Notes under the pieces: model-generated
Database searches by the model: none
Told to the model about the DNA's origin: nothing
The model's input: only the letters and a program-made list of their open reading frames with translations
Shown: piece after piece, positions 16,915 to 27,089 of the stretch
Numbering within the stretch: the stretch's first letter is position 1
How the letters are laid out: each line of letters begins with the position of its first letter
Source: Calditrichales bacterium
Lineage (GTDB): Bacteria; Calditrichota; Calditrichia; Calditrichales; J004
Direction of reading: 5' to 3'
NCBI GenBank assembly: GCA_965267575.1
Contig: OZ254086.1
Location: forward strand, 1,120,001-1,184,000
DNA: 64,000 bases
Program-made: the position numbers and the translations under genes

Positions 16915-18483
16915 ATGCGCGCTCTTTTAGCTTTTATTTTGATCGTATTTTTGCTGGCCGGATGCAGCGGCTCCGCAAGACAGGGCGAGATTTCAGCGCT
17001 GCAGCATGACAGCCACGCCAACATCAAGTCCAACCTGGAATTTCTGGCATCCGATGAGCTTGAAGGCCGCGAAGCCACACGACGCGGTGAAAGGATCGCC
17101 GGCGAATTTATCGCTACCCGCCTGCAGCAATACGGCGTTAAGCCTTTCGGAGATAACGGCACTTACTTTCAGAGCTTCAACCTGGAGTTGTTTCAGTATT
17201 CGCAGGATTCAAAAATCTATTTAAGCTCGGATGACGGACAGACGGATACACTGGCCTTTGGCAGCGGCTTTGTACCGCGCTACGAAATGGACAGCACTGC
17301 GGCGACGGCCCAAACAGATTTGGTTTACATGCGCTACGGCATCGAAGCCCCGGAGCTGGACTATAATGATTACAAAGATGTTGATGTGAGCGGCAAAACG
17401 ATCGTTGTTCTTGGCGATGTGCCCTTTTACGAGCAGGACACAACGGCTTTCAACAAATACGCCGGCTCCCGTGATCGAAGGGATATGGCCGCCGATAAAG
17501 GGGTTACTTCCGTCGTATACATTTTGTCACCCAAGTGGCTGCGCTTTTTTACGCGCCTTGGCATGCGTGTGAGCGGCGAGAGCTTTAACTATCCCTACGA
17601 CCGTGAAAGCAAGCCCGCTGTTGTCTACGTGGATTCCACGTCGGTTAAAAAACTGTTCGGCAAAACCGACATGACCTACGACCAGGTTTTTGAATGGCTC
17701 AAAGGTGATCCTCTGCCGGCAGGTCATGATCTCGGCTTTGATATGGATTTCGATATTTCCTTTAGCGCCAAACTGGCTGAAGCCCGCAATGTCATCGGCA
17801 TTGTAGAAGGCAACGATCCGAATGTGGCCGACCAGTATGTCAGCGTCGGCGCGCACTATGATCATGTGGGCATGCGCGAAGTGCCGGGCTCCCCACCGAT
17901 TGTGTATAACGGCGCGGATGATAACGCCTCCGGTACCACGGCCATTATGGAAGCGGCGCGTATTATGGCAGCGACAAAATCGAACAAACGTCCGGTAGTG
18001 TTTATGTTTTTCAGCGCGGAAGAGAAGGGTTTACTGGGCGCGCGTTATTTGGCTGAAAACTGGGAGCACACGGACAATGTCATCGTCAACATCAATATGG
18101 ACATGGTGGGCCGTGAGCATCCCGATACCATGTTTGTTATCGGATCCGGCAAATTGAGCAGCGAATTTTATGATATTGTTGAAGAGGCTAATAAAGCTTC
18201 GGTCAATTTTGCCTTTGATTACACGTTGGACGACGAAGGCCACCCGGAACGCATCTATTACCGCAGCGACCACTGGCAGTTTGCCAAGCGCGGCATCCCT
18301 GTTGTATTCCTGACCGACTATCACGACGAGGATTATCACCGCCCCACGGATGACGCGGATAAAATCAAATATGAGAAAGTGGTTAAAACCTCGTATCTGA
18401 CGGTTGAGATTGCGAAACGCGTGGCTAACCTGGGCCATAAGCTCAAAGTGGATAAACCTGTCGTATACGAAGGCGGCCGATAA
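16915..18483 (+). CDS. M28 family metallopeptidase lipoprotein with PA-like insert
   Basis: Lipobox LLAGC; LASDELEGR, GAHYDHVG, NGADDNASGT, FSAEEKGLLG, NMDMVGR, RSDH, YHRPTD. Confidence 0.92.
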   Translation: MRALLAFILIVFLLAGCSGSARQGEISALQHDSHANIKSNLEFLASDELEGREATRRGERIAGEFIATRLQQYGVKPFGDNGTYFQSFNLELFQYSQDSKIYLSSDDGQTDTLAFGSGFVPRYEMDSTAATAQTDLVYMRYGIEAPELDYNDYKDVDVSGKTIVVLGDVPFYEQDTTAFNKYAGSRDRRDMAADKGVTSVVYILSPKWLRFFTRLGMRVSGESFNYPYDRESKPAVVYVDSTSVKKLFGKTDMTYDQVFEWLKGDPLPAGHDLGFDMDFDISFSAKLAEARNVIGIVEGNDPNVADQYVSVGAHYDHVGMREVPGSPPIVYNGADDNASGTTAIMEAARIMAATKSNKRPVVFMFFSAEEKGLLGARYLAENWEHTDNVIVNINMDMVGREHPDTMFVIGSGKLSSEFYDIVEEANKASVNFAFDYTLDDEGHPERIYYRSDHWQFAKRGIPVVFLTDYHDEDYHRPTDDADKIKYEKVVKTSYLTVEIAKRVANLGHKLKVDKPVVYEGGR

Positions 18484-18488
18484 AAAGT

Positions 18489-18517
18489 AAAGGCGCTCCA
18501 GACGGGGCGCCTTTTTT
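18489..18517. terminator. Bidirectional terminator between convergent genes
   Basis: AAAGGCGCTCC-AGAC-GGGGCGCCTTTTTT. Confidence 0.75.
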
Positions 18518-18526
18518 GTTTGCAGG

Positions 18527-20596
18527 TTATTTGAGCAAGACCATCTTGCGCGTTTCAATGTGCGCGCCGGCCCGGAGCCGGTAGAAATATATGCCGCTGG
18601 CCAGGTGCGATGCATCAAAGCTAAGGTAGTGCCGCCCGGCTTCCATACGGCCGTTGAACAAACTGGCCACCTGACGACCAAGACGATCAAAAACGGCTAC
18701 TTCAACTTCAGCGGCAGCGGGCAATTCCAAAGGAATGGTTGTGCGCGGGTTAAAAGGATTGGGATAATTGGCCAAAAGCCTGATGCTTTGCGGAAGCACA
18801 CGCCAGGGGTCATCACCAATGTCCGCATTGCTCTGTTCGTAAAAGACGATCTCTTCCAGTGAGACGCCATCATCCGCGCTGATCATAACGGTCAAGCCAT
18901 CATCATGAAATAGCTGGTACGGCAGGCTGAAACCGGCTGCGGCTTTTTCCAGCAAAATACCATTCGCTTCAACTTCAAGTCCCTCGATATCCCGGCCATG
19001 CAGCAGAAAGGCATATTCACCCTGCTTGTTTACATCCGGCAAACCGACAATAATCATCTCCTCATCGTAGATTACAGGAATTCCGTCTTTATCAATTTGT
19101 TTGCCTTGCAAAATTTCAATCGGGCTGCTTTTCGTTTTCGCGTTTGCGGAAAAATTGTAATAAAGCGGTAGTTCAACCGTGCTTTGGACTGTTAAGGGTT
19201 TTTGGCGGTAGGCGTCACGCAGCTCAATTTCCACTGAGTAACTTCCGGGTGCCACCTGCTGATTTTCGTTGTCAAGACGCTGCCAGGCCCACTGCGCATT
19301 GCCCGACGCTTTCCATTCCGCAGGCGATTCATAAACGGTTTCCCCGTTTTCATTTCGTACGATTACCTTTGCCATGGCGTAATCGCTGAGAAAAGCGGAA
19401 AGACTGATTGCGGCGTTATACTGCGTCATACCAAGGGCAACATCGCGGGCTTTCAGACCCATTTCAAAACGGTAAGCGCCGTTGTTATCAGCCCACTTGT
19501 CCAGCGCGATCAACTGGTCAAAAGCGCCGTAAAAAACGGTGCCGCTGCCATCACGGACGCTTCCCGATGGAATATGCACCGTCGTCAGCGCAGCGGCGTC
19601 AACCGCCATTTCATCAAGCTTTTGCAGCGAGGCGTTATATTTTAGCAGGCGCTTTGCGGCACCGTCCGCCACGTAAAGCTGCCCGAAGTAATCGCAGGAA
19701 ATACTGCCGAAGACAGACCCGGGCCTGGCCATTATCTGCTGCTGAAGCGTAAAATTGCCGTCCTTATAATTCAAGCGGCTCAGCCGGCGATCGTATTTAT
19801 CCACCACGAAAACGGAAACCGTGCCATCATCATGCGTGTAGCTCGCGATGGCCCGTGGAGAGAGCAGGTCTTTTTCTAAAACTGCAACGCCGGCGCCCGA
19901 TGCCGCGGCCTCAAAAACGGCAATAGTATTGGCCGATGCATCGGTCACAAACAGCAGGTCATCGCCGCTTTGCTGAGCGGTTCCGTTATCGCTGTACGCC
20001 AAACCGGCGGGTGTCTTCAACCCTTCAATATAGCCAAGCAACTCCAGGCGCGGCTCGTCAGCGGCACGCTCAATACGCAACACCCGGATGCGCTGGCGGC
20101 CTTCCTCGGCCACAAACAAAACGCCATCCGGCCCGATCGCCATGGCGCCCGGGGATTGAATCTCATCATATACTTTCATATTACCGCCAAGTCTGCCATA
20201 CACAACGCGGCCCCAGCCCGGATCGGATACAAACTGTATATAATCTCCAACGGGTGTAACGTCGTCATCCAGTTTCATCTCGAACCAGGTGGCCGTATGC
20301 TGCGGCTGGTAAAACAGATCGCGTTCCAGCCAGCGTTGCGCTGTACTGCGCGTAAACGCGTCGATGCCCAGGCCCTCATCAAAGGGGACGCGCCGCAGCG
20401 TATAACCGACCCCGGCGGCATGCACCGTGTCCGACGTGGAGACAGCGGCGCTTTTTGACAAGGCGGCGTTGCTGCTCTGCTGCGGCAGAGGCACATTGTA
20501 AATCAGTTTTGCGCCAAAGTCCTGCGGTGCGGTTTTGGGACGATCCCCCGCAACCAGAAATACAATCAGCAAAAGAACGATGGTAGCATAACGCAT
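18527..20596 (-). CDS. Secreted NHL-like beta-propeller protein with FlgD-like Ig domain and T9SS CTD
   Basis: Signal peptide; SPGAMAIGPDGVLFVAEEG, LFVTDASANTI, GQLYVADG blades; C-terminal ANYPNPFNP...RKMVLLK. Confidence 0.8.
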   Translation of the reverse strand: MRYATIVLLLIVFLVAGDRPKTAPQDFGAKLIYNVPLPQQSSNAALSKSAAVSTSDTVHAAGVGYTLRRVPFDEGLGIDAFTRSTAQRWLERDLFYQPQHTATWFEMKLDDDVTPVGDYIQFVSDPGWGRVVYGRLGGNMKVYDEIQSPGAMAIGPDGVLFVAEEGRQRIRVLRIERAADEPRLELLGYIEGLKTPAGLAYSDNGTAQQSGDDLLFVTDASANTIAVFEAAASGAGVAVLEKDLLSPRAIASYTHDDGTVSVFVVDKYDRRLSRLNYKDGNFTLQQQIMARPGSVFGSISCDYFGQLYVADGAAKRLLKYNASLQKLDEMAVDAAALTTVHIPSGSVRDGSGTVFYGAFDQLIALDKWADNNGAYRFEMGLKARDVALGMTQYNAAISLSAFLSDYAMAKVIVRNENGETVYESPAEWKASGNAQWAWQRLDNENQQVAPGSYSVEIELRDAYRQKPLTVQSTVELPLYYNFSANAKTKSSPIEILQGKQIDKDGIPVIYDEEMIIVGLPDVNKQGEYAFLLHGRDIEGLEVEANGILLEKAAAGFSLPYQLFHDDGLTVMISADDGVSLEEIVFYEQSNADIGDDPWRVLPQSIRLLANYPNPFNPRTTIPLELPAAAEVEVAVFDRLGRQVASLFNGRMEAGRHYLSFDASHLASGIYFYRLRAGAHIETRKMVLLK

Positions 20597-20641
20597 GATA
20601 ATCTCCGCGGTTTGGTGTCAATAATTTGTAAGTGGCGCAAC

Positions 20642-21790
20642 TCATATCCCCAGGCTGAGACTGCCCTGGAAAATATCAGCCGAAAAATCCAGGCTGTTGG
20701 AGTAACGCAGGTAACGCAGCTCAAACGAGGCCTCTTCCAGAAAAGCCCATTTGGGGTTGTCCCGGCCAAGCGCACGCAGCAAAAAGCTAAGGCTGATGCC
20801 AAAGGTGTTGGAATCAAAGGAGCGTAACTTGTAGTCGGCGCTGTAAAACGCACCCGGCACGATATCGGCGGTGCGGTAGCGCTCTTTGCTGAATTCCGCC
20901 GCGCTTTGTGTGTAGTAACGATAGCTGAATCCGGCAATAAGGTCCTGCAGCACATAGGTGTTAACGCGGCCTTCGACGGTGTGAGATTTTACTTCCCAGT
21001 CATCAAAATAGTAGCGGTAAAAAGCGATTGTCGACGCCTGCATCGGCTCGATGTATTGGCTCAGGCGTAGGCTGCCGGCGTAACGTTCGCGGCTCTGCGG
21101 ATGCACTTCCGGCTCCAGCGTGAAGGCATTGTTGGCGTCAAAAACCTGCACCTTGCGGTACGGGTCGCTCAGAAAACCGTTTAGTCTTACCCCGTCGGCG
21201 GTCAGTTCCAGCAGGGTTGTCGGCGATAGCGTCTGGCTTATGCTGAGCATGGCGGTATAACTTGTTTTATCGCGATTGCTTATGTCGCCGTTATCAAGTA
21301 TTTCTCCAACCCGGTCCTCGTTGTACTGGGCGCGCAGAGTCAACGTGGTATTTTTCTGAAACAGGTCCTGGCTCAGCGTTACGATGGCGGCATTGGAAAG
21401 ATAGTCGATCTCCTGGCTGCGATAGACGTTGAGCGCGACGGAGGTGTTGGAGCCCAGCCCCTGTTCGATGCCGGCGATCACCTGGCCGCGGTTTTTCTCA
21501 AAGCGCTCATTGCTGCGCCGCGTAGGCCGCGTGGCCCCGGTTGATCCGTCGATGGGCGGAATGATCACTTTGTCAAGCTCAATATCCAGCAGCAAAATAG
21601 TGCGCCCGATAAGACGCTTTGCCAGGCTGAACGATGTTGTCATCACCTGGTTGCTGCCGGAATCCTCAAAAAAGTAAGCCGTGTAACCGATGCGGTCATC
21701 GCCGTCCGGCACAGCAAATATTAGCCAGGGGCAAAAAAGAAAGAGGATGAAAGCGCGTATCGCTTTGGATTTTATCATTTTTTCAGGCAA
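20642..21790 (-). CDS. DUF3570-like outer-membrane protein
   Basis: DGSTGAT, SQEIDYLS, FQKNTTLTL, GFLSDPYR, YRYYFDDWEVKSHT, YRYYTQSAA, SADYKL. Start is probably TTG 21790 (AGGAG upstream) or ATG 21778. Confidence 0.8.
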   Translation of the reverse strand: MPEKMIKSKAIRAFILFLFCPWLIFAVPDGDDRIGYTAYFFEDSGSNQVMTTSFSLAKRLIGRTILLLDIELDKVIIPPIDGSTGATRPTRRSNERFEKNRGQVIAGIEQGLGSNTSVALNVYRSQEIDYLSNAAIVTLSQDLFQKNTTLTLRAQYNEDRVGEILDNGDISNRDKTSYTAMLSISQTLSPTTLLELTADGVRLNGFLSDPYRKVQVFDANNAFTLEPEVHPQSRERYAGSLRLSQYIEPMQASTIAFYRYYFDDWEVKSHTVEGRVNTYVLQDLIAGFSYRYYTQSAAEFSKERYRTADIVPGAFYSADYKLRSFDSNTFGISLSFLLRALGRDNPKWAFLEEASFELRYLRYSNSLDFSADIFQGSLSLGI

Positions 21791-22012
21791 ATCTATCTCC
21801 TGCTTGTTCAGGTTAATTTGCAAGGCGTTACGAAGATCGCATGCGCTTAACTTCATAACGAGTGGCAACACGTAGCGCGGCATAACACGGCGCTGCGGAA
21901 TCCACATGTATTATAACTGTTTTCACACTTTAGCACAGCGCAGAGGACCGGTCTGATCAGGGAGCATATGGGGTGGGAACCGATCCTCTATAAATGCGCC
22001 GGCTATTTGGTT

Positions 22013-22228
22013 TTACTTGGCGCAGCCGCAGCCGCCGCCAATGCCACCAGAGCCTCCGAGACTTCCTTCCCGCGTGGAGAAAAACTTTTCATCCAGCTTT
22101 TGCTTGGCAAACTGGCTGCGAGGCTCCATCAACGGATCAGCCAGCTTTTCGCGCTGCCAAGGTTTAACCGCAACGCAGGAAACAAAAACGATCGTAAACA
22201 ACAGAAAAACAATCAGACGTTTTTTCAA
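22013..22228 (-). CDS. DUF4266-like small lipoprotein
   Basis: Lipobox FVSC, VKPWQREKLA...REGS.GG.GG.GGGCGC; TTG start with GGAGG. Confidence 0.85.
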   Translation of the reverse strand: MKKRLIVFLLFTIVFVSCVAVKPWQREKLADPLMEPRSQFAKQKLDEKFFSTREGSLGGSGGIGGGCGCAK

Positions 22229-22301
22229 AATACCTCCGGGTTATCGTAATTCAGGATCTCAGCAACAGGACGCTGAAAAAAATTCAGCACGACGGCTATG
22301 A

Positions 22302-22802
22302 TCAGCGCATGTCCACAAGACCGCGCACGGCAAATTCCAGCTTGCGCACGCTCTCTTCGTTATAGCCGGTGTGCACATATTGGATTTTGCCGTATTGGTC
22401 CACCAAAACAGCGGTTGGCATGGCCGGAATATTGTAAGCGTTGACGACCTCTTTTTGCGCGTCATGCACTACTGTCAGCGAAACGCCCATTTCCTTCAGG
22501 AAGCGGCGGGCGTTTTCTTTTTCGTCGTCAATGTTTACGGTAATCAGGTGTAGATCCTTAAAACGCCGGTCCAGGTCTTGCATGTAAGGCAGTGACTTTT
22601 TACAGGGCGCGCACCACGATGCCCAGAAATCGATGAGCACCACTTTACCGCGGTAATCCGAAAGCGCAATAGAGTCGTCACCATCCAGCAGCGGCAGCTT
22701 AAAAGCGGGCGCCGGTGTACCGGGGTTTAGCTTTTTGTCGGTTGCCGCAGCCACGGCCAGCAATGCAATCAAAAACAAAGACAGTTTTTTCAGAAGGCCC
22801 AT
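22302..22802 (-). CDS. TlpA family disulfide reductase
   Basis: APAFKLP...GKVVLIDFWASWCAPC...MPTAVLVD. Confidence 0.92.
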   Translation of the reverse strand: MGLLKKLSLFLIALLAVAAATDKKLNPGTPAPAFKLPLLDGDDSIALSDYRGKVVLIDFWASWCAPCKKSLPYMQDLDRRFKDLHLITVNIDDEKENARRFLKEMGVSLTVVHDAQKEVVNAYNIPAMPTAVLVDQYGKIQYVHTGYNEESVRKLEFAVRGLVDMR

Positions 22803-22810
22803 ATTTCCTC

Positions 22811-25027
22811 CTAAGGTTGAATTGTATTTGAATACTGCGCGCCCAGGTCAATCCACTCGATCAGCACCAGCAGGTCGCTGTTTGCCGCCAGGAAAGGATC
22901 GATCCTGCCAAAACCGTCCTTTTGCCACAGCGTGCTGTGATCGTAGGAAAGAGCACGGAATTCATCGTCATCACCATCTAGCTGGCGGTTAAACAGCACC
23001 CACATCAGCGGGCTGTTGCGCGCGCCGCGCCTCGTCACCAGGTCGTCATCCCCGCCATCCGCGGTGCGGTAGCGGAAATCATCCATCAGGATATCATAGA
23101 CAGACGTGCGGTCATTACCGTTGTCATCGCCGGAGGGCGTGCGGTCTTCGGCCAGATTGGCCAGACGCAGTCCGGCGTCCGGGTTGCCGCTCCCGTGGCA
23201 GGAAACACAATTACGGTCCAGAACAGCCTGTACAGTGTTGGCGCGGTTCGGGCGCAGGCGGTCAAAAAAGTCGATCGTATCAGGGCGGGCGGCGGCGTGC
23301 TCGGTGACACGTACGGCGTTGTCAAAACCGGAGGCGTAGTTATGGCCGCTGGCCCGGTTAAGCACGCTCAGGTCGCTCTGAATTTCCAGATCGTTGATGA
23401 TCTTATCGCGATCATGCGAATCGTGGCAGCCGGTACAAAGGCGCCTTTCACCCGGCATTACCTGGATCCATGTCATCTGGTTTACCAGCATCAGGCCGTT
23501 TTCATCCAGCGTCTGCAGGTGCAGCGAGCGGTTGGCCGGCACCTCGATGGAAAATGAGCCGTCTGCGCGCACCGGGGCGTAACCGATCACGCGTTGCTTC
23601 TCAAAATTGGTATCGCCGATATCGCCACCGCGGCGGTCCCTGTCACGCGGCAGGGGAATGGCTTCAATCACGCGGACATGACGAACTTCGCCGCTGCTGC
23701 CGTCTTTGTTAAGGTGGTTGGGATTGGGACGCGGCTGGCCGTCGTTGGGCGCGCGGTCGTACACGTTGCCATCGAAGAACATGCCTGTTTGCACGCCGCT
23801 GTTCAACGCCTGCTGAACGTTGCTGTCCACCGGGCGCACCTGTGGAATGCCCGCCGGTAGCTCATCGCGCGGCAGCAACGGCACGGGATCAATGTCGTTG
23901 TAATCGGGATCGTTAAAAACCATGCGGATGTTGGAGCCGTCTTTGTTCATCACGTAAAGACCGTAATCCACCTGTTCTTCCTGTCCGTCCACGATGGCCA
24001 GCGGCGAAACCGCCACAACGATCTTCTCTTTTTCGCCTGCGGGCGCGGACTTATCAAATAGCGGATGCGGTGTTTTGTAGAGGGCGCCGGCATCATTGCG
24101 CGTGTTGTTAAAAGGCACATCGGATGGTGTGATAAACGTCAGGTTGTCATCGGATTTGGAAATATCGATCACGGCGATGGCCCCGCCTTCAAATGGCGAA
24201 TTGCGTTCCATGACCGAGCAGACGATACCGCCGTCACTCAGTTCGCGCGGCTCCAGGAAAACGCGGCTGCCGCTCTCCCGCGGGGAATGGTTGCCGTACA
24301 AAACAAACGGCCTCGTCCCGTCCGGGTCGATCACAAAAAGCGGAAATTTGTTGGGGTCACCCAGATGTTCCCAGCGGCTGTAAAAGACTTTGCCGCTACT
24401 GTGCACCATCGGGTTTGCGTCGTGGCTCTGGTTAAATGAAATCTGGCGGATGTTAATAAGCCGGCCGTCCTGGCCGCGTTCCGCGACATGCAGCAGCGGA
24501 GATGTGCGCCGCTCGTATTCATCCACAATTTGGCTGCGCGTGCTTGTAAAAATAATGCGTCCGTCGGGCAGGTAGGCCGGGTCCATGTCATCGCCCACTT
24601 TCTGGTCGGTAAGCTGCAAGAGGTTCCCGCCGTCACGGTCCATTTCATACAGATGCCAGTTGCTGTCGCGGTTTTTGCGCATCGAAAAGAGGATTTTTTT
24701 GCCGTCGTAGGAGACTTCAGGGTCGCAGGCATGGCCATAGCGGTCACTGCGGCTTTGGCCGGCGCGCGTGTATTGGGCCGTAAGATTACGCACGTCGCCC
24801 TGGGGAGAAATCGGTTCCAGGATAAAAATGTCCGTACCGGGGTAATACTCGTCGGCGTTGCTGCGCATGGCATTGCTGCGATTGTTTTCACGGCTGTTCT
24901 CGCGCACAAACACAAGCGCCGCCTGGCCCGATTTTTCCAGGATCACATCGGGTGGCGCGTTGCCGCATGATGCGAAAAAAAGCATCGCGAGCGTAATGGC
25001 AATCGTTTTAAAAAGCGTTTTATCCAC
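22811..25027 (-). CDS. Hydrazine synthase alpha subunit (HzsA)-related diheme lipoprotein
   Basis: Lipobox FFASC; PD40-like DPEVSYDGKKILFSM and DPAYLPDGRIIFTSTR; QISFNQSHD..P; YSRWEH; GYAPVRADGSFSIEVPAN...LQTLDENG; CTGCH and CVSCH. Confidence 0.8.
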   Translation of the reverse strand: MDKTLFKTIAITLAMLFFASCGNAPPDVILEKSGQAALVFVRENSRENNRSNAMRSNADEYYPGTDIFILEPISPQGDVRNLTAQYTRAGQSRSDRYGHACDPEVSYDGKKILFSMRKNRDSNWHLYEMDRDGGNLLQLTDQKVGDDMDPAYLPDGRIIFTSTRSQIVDEYERRTSPLLHVAERGQDGRLINIRQISFNQSHDANPMVHSSGKVFYSRWEHLGDPNKFPLFVIDPDGTRPFVLYGNHSPRESGSRVFLEPRELSDGGIVCSVMERNSPFEGGAIAVIDISKSDDNLTFITPSDVPFNNTRNDAGALYKTPHPLFDKSAPAGEKEKIVVAVSPLAIVDGQEEQVDYGLYVMNKDGSNIRMVFNDPDYNDIDPVPLLPRDELPAGIPQVRPVDSNVQQALNSGVQTGMFFDGNVYDRAPNDGQPRPNPNHLNKDGSSGEVRHVRVIEAIPLPRDRDRRGGDIGDTNFEKQRVIGYAPVRADGSFSIEVPANRSLHLQTLDENGLMLVNQMTWIQVMPGERRLCTGCHDSHDRDKIINDLEIQSDLSVLNRASGHNYASGFDNAVRVTEHAAARPDTIDFFDRLRPNRANTVQAVLDRNCVSCHGSGNPDAGLRLANLAEDRTPSGDDNGNDRTSVYDILMDDFRYRTADGGDDDLVTRRGARNSPLMWVLFNRQLDGDDDEFRALSYDHSTLWQKDGFGRIDPFLAANSDLLVLIEWIDLGAQYSNTIQP

Positions 25028-25038
25028 AGGCCCTCCGA

Positions 25039-25677
25039 TTAATAGAAATATTCCAGGTTGAGCGTAAAGATGAGGTTGTGCGCCAGGAAGCTGGAGCCGC
25101 GGTTAAAGCGCTGCGTTAACAGATGATCGCGCAGTTCGTAGCGCAGACCCAGTTTGCTGGAGCCAAACAGTTTTTTGAAATAAAGCCGGTTTCCGATACC
25201 CAGTACCGCGGCAAACTTGCTTTGCCCGCCCTGGTTAAGCCCGGCCACACCGGCAAGAAAATAGGGCGTGCTGCTCCACATGCGTGGATCGTAGCCATAA
25301 ACAATCTCATAACTTATCAGGCGATTGCTTTCAAACAGCTTTGCGCCGGATACGCTCTCCAGCACCTGCGAACGCAAACTGGACAAACCCAGACCCATTT
25401 CCACAAAGTGACGCCCCTGGCTGAAATACTGGTTGTAGCGCAAGGCGCCGTAGGGATTTACGCCAAAGCCTTCTGAGGCATAGACACCTGTTGAAAGTGT
25501 TATCCCCCTGTCCGACGGAAGCTGTGAAAAGGCCGGTCTCGGCATGAGAATCCCGAACAGTGCGGCCAGTAAAAGAAAGCGCAAAAGGCGCAGCGGAGGC
25601 CCTGTCTGCGACAAGCGGCAGCGCCCAAGGCTGAACACAATACAGGCCAGGTTTAAAAAATGCGGTATAAAGATCAT
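25039..25677 (-). CDS. Outer-membrane beta-barrel protein
   Basis: Amphipathic strands, TPYFLAGVAG, LGLRYELRD, C-terminal aromatic LNLEYFY. Confidence 0.65.
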   Translation of the reverse strand: MIFIPHFLNLACIVFSLGRCRLSQTGPPLRLLRFLLLAALFGILMPRPAFSQLPSDRGITLSTGVYASEGFGVNPYGALRYNQYFSQGRHFVEMGLGLSSLRSQVLESVSGAKLFESNRLISYEIVYGYDPRMWSSTPYFLAGVAGLNQGGQSKFAAVLGIGNRLYFKKLFGSSKLGLRYELRDHLLTQRFNRGSSFLAHNLIFTLNLEYFY

Positions 25678-25684
25678 AGGCTTC

Positions 25685-26176
25685 CTATTTGATTACAAAG
25701 ATGACACCCAGACTCACTTCCTGAAAAATGAGCAGTTCTTTGCGCTCATCACGGCGGTTGCGAATGTCTGTCAGATACTGGCTTACACCGAGCCGCAACC
25801 CGAATTTTTCATTGATGTAATAGCGCAGGCCGCCGCCAAAATTGATGCCGGGGCTGCTTACGCTCTCGCTGCCGATGGCGTTTGTGGGAACGGTGAGCAG
25901 AAGACCGCCGCCCACATGCGCGTAAGGCACCACCTCTTTATTGGAACTGAGATTAAACACCAGGTTAACCAACAGCGGATACATATCGGCGGCCTCACCA
26001 ATCACCTGGGCTGCACTGAATTCCAGGTTTATGGCTGAATAACGCAGGGAAAGATCGGCACCAAATTCGGCGCTGCCGTCCATAAAACCGCTGTGCGGAG
26101 AAAGCTCGATGTTTTGCGCTGCAAGCGGCAGGCAAAGAAGCAGGACGATAAGTCCGGTCTTAATCTTATAATACAA
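25685..26176 (-). CDS. Outer-membrane beta-barrel protein (8-stranded type)
   Basis: Probable TTG start at 26176; signal peptide ...CLPLAAQ; VPYAHVGGG, GINFGGGLRYY, EVSLGVIFVIK. Confidence 0.7.
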   Translation of the reverse strand: MYYKIKTGLIVLLLCLPLAAQNIELSPHSGFMDGSAEFGADLSLRYSAINLEFSAAQVIGEAADMYPLLVNLVFNLSSNKEVVPYAHVGGGLLLTVPTNAIGSESVSSPGINFGGGLRYYINEKFGLRLGVSQYLTDIRNRRDERKELLIFQEVSLGVIFVIK

Positions 26177-26723
26177 TGGCGATCCCCCCGCTGAGACGGC
26201 CATTAAGCCACCATTTTTCCTGGTTCCATCCTTCCAGTGCCGGTTCCGCAAAAAGCTTCAGGCCGTCCGTCATGCGCCAGCTCAGTTGTGTTGCAAGCGC
26301 TCCGTAAAAACCGATGCCCCCTGCTTCAGGCGCGCTATAAATGCCCACTCCGGGAAGTGCCACGGACCACGACGCCCGTTGCCAGAAACGCCAGCCCAAA
26401 GCCGGACCCGCCGCTATTTGAAAATGCCGGGAATTATGCACCAGGTGTAAAGCCTGAAAAGAGAACGTATAAATAGTTACGGCCAGCTCGCTTGAACCGG
26501 AAGGCAGCAGAATCGTCTGCCGGGTTCTTGAGCGTTCTGCCGCGAGGGAAACATTCCAGGCCGGGGCCAATTCGCTTGAAAAGCGCAGGCCATAACCGGC
26601 CGACGGCTGATACTTTAAAGCATTATCCCAATGCCGGCCGCTCACTAAAAGCTGGATTTCACTTTGGCCAAAGAGCGGCAAGGTCAACAAAAATGCGATC
26701 GTAAACGCCAGGCGATTTAACAA
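26166..26723 (-). CDS. Putative outer-membrane beta-barrel protein
   Basis: Signal peptide MLNRLAFTIAFLLTLPLFGQ; alternating beta-strand pattern; stop overlaps the next gene start. Confidence 0.6.
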   Translation of the reverse strand: MLNRLAFTIAFLLTLPLFGQSEIQLLVSGRHWDNALKYQPSAGYGLRFSSELAPAWNVSLAAERSRTRQTILLPSGSSELAVTIYTFSFQALHLVHNSRHFQIAAGPALGWRFWQRASWSVALPGVGIYSAPEAGGIGFYGALATQLSWRMTDGLKLFAEPALEGWNQEKWWLNGRLSGGIAIVL

Positions 26724-26765
26724 TGAATTCCCCTTTGTGCGGTTGTATCCCCTGGCCCTCTTTAC

Positions 26766-26780
26766 TCAAGCGCCGTACCA
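26766..26780 (-). promoter_or_regulatory. Putative sigma54-type promoter of the 26723->18527 gene cluster
   Basis: Minus strand TGGTAC-GGCGC-TTGA (GG-N10-GA, same variant as upstream of groES); IHF-like TATCCTGTTGATT at 26813-26825. Confidence 0.5.
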
Positions 26781-27089
26781 AGTCAGTAAGACGGCACAAG
26801 GCAGAGAAAATATATCCTGTTGATTTTATTGAAATTACGGCATTAAAAATATTTCATTTGCAGTCCGGGTAAAGGGAGGCGGTTGAACGCGGGCGTTCGC
26901 GTTCCTGTGAAAAATTGATACAGATTGACGTGTCGCTATAAGGGATTTTTTTTGTTTGCCGCCGGCAAAAAACGCTTCTTTGGACTCTATCTGCGGATTG
27001 AAGATTTTTGCTTAACACACGATAAATGTGGAATTGGATGAGGGTCTTAAAATAGCTACATTTCGCCAAACATAAAGGAGAATGCTTCT

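Noticed and set aside
22811-25027. Anammox hydrazine synthase
   Set aside because: Only an HzsA-related domain architecture; no hzsB/hzsC or other anammox genes in the window, and such homologs occur in non-anammox bacteria.
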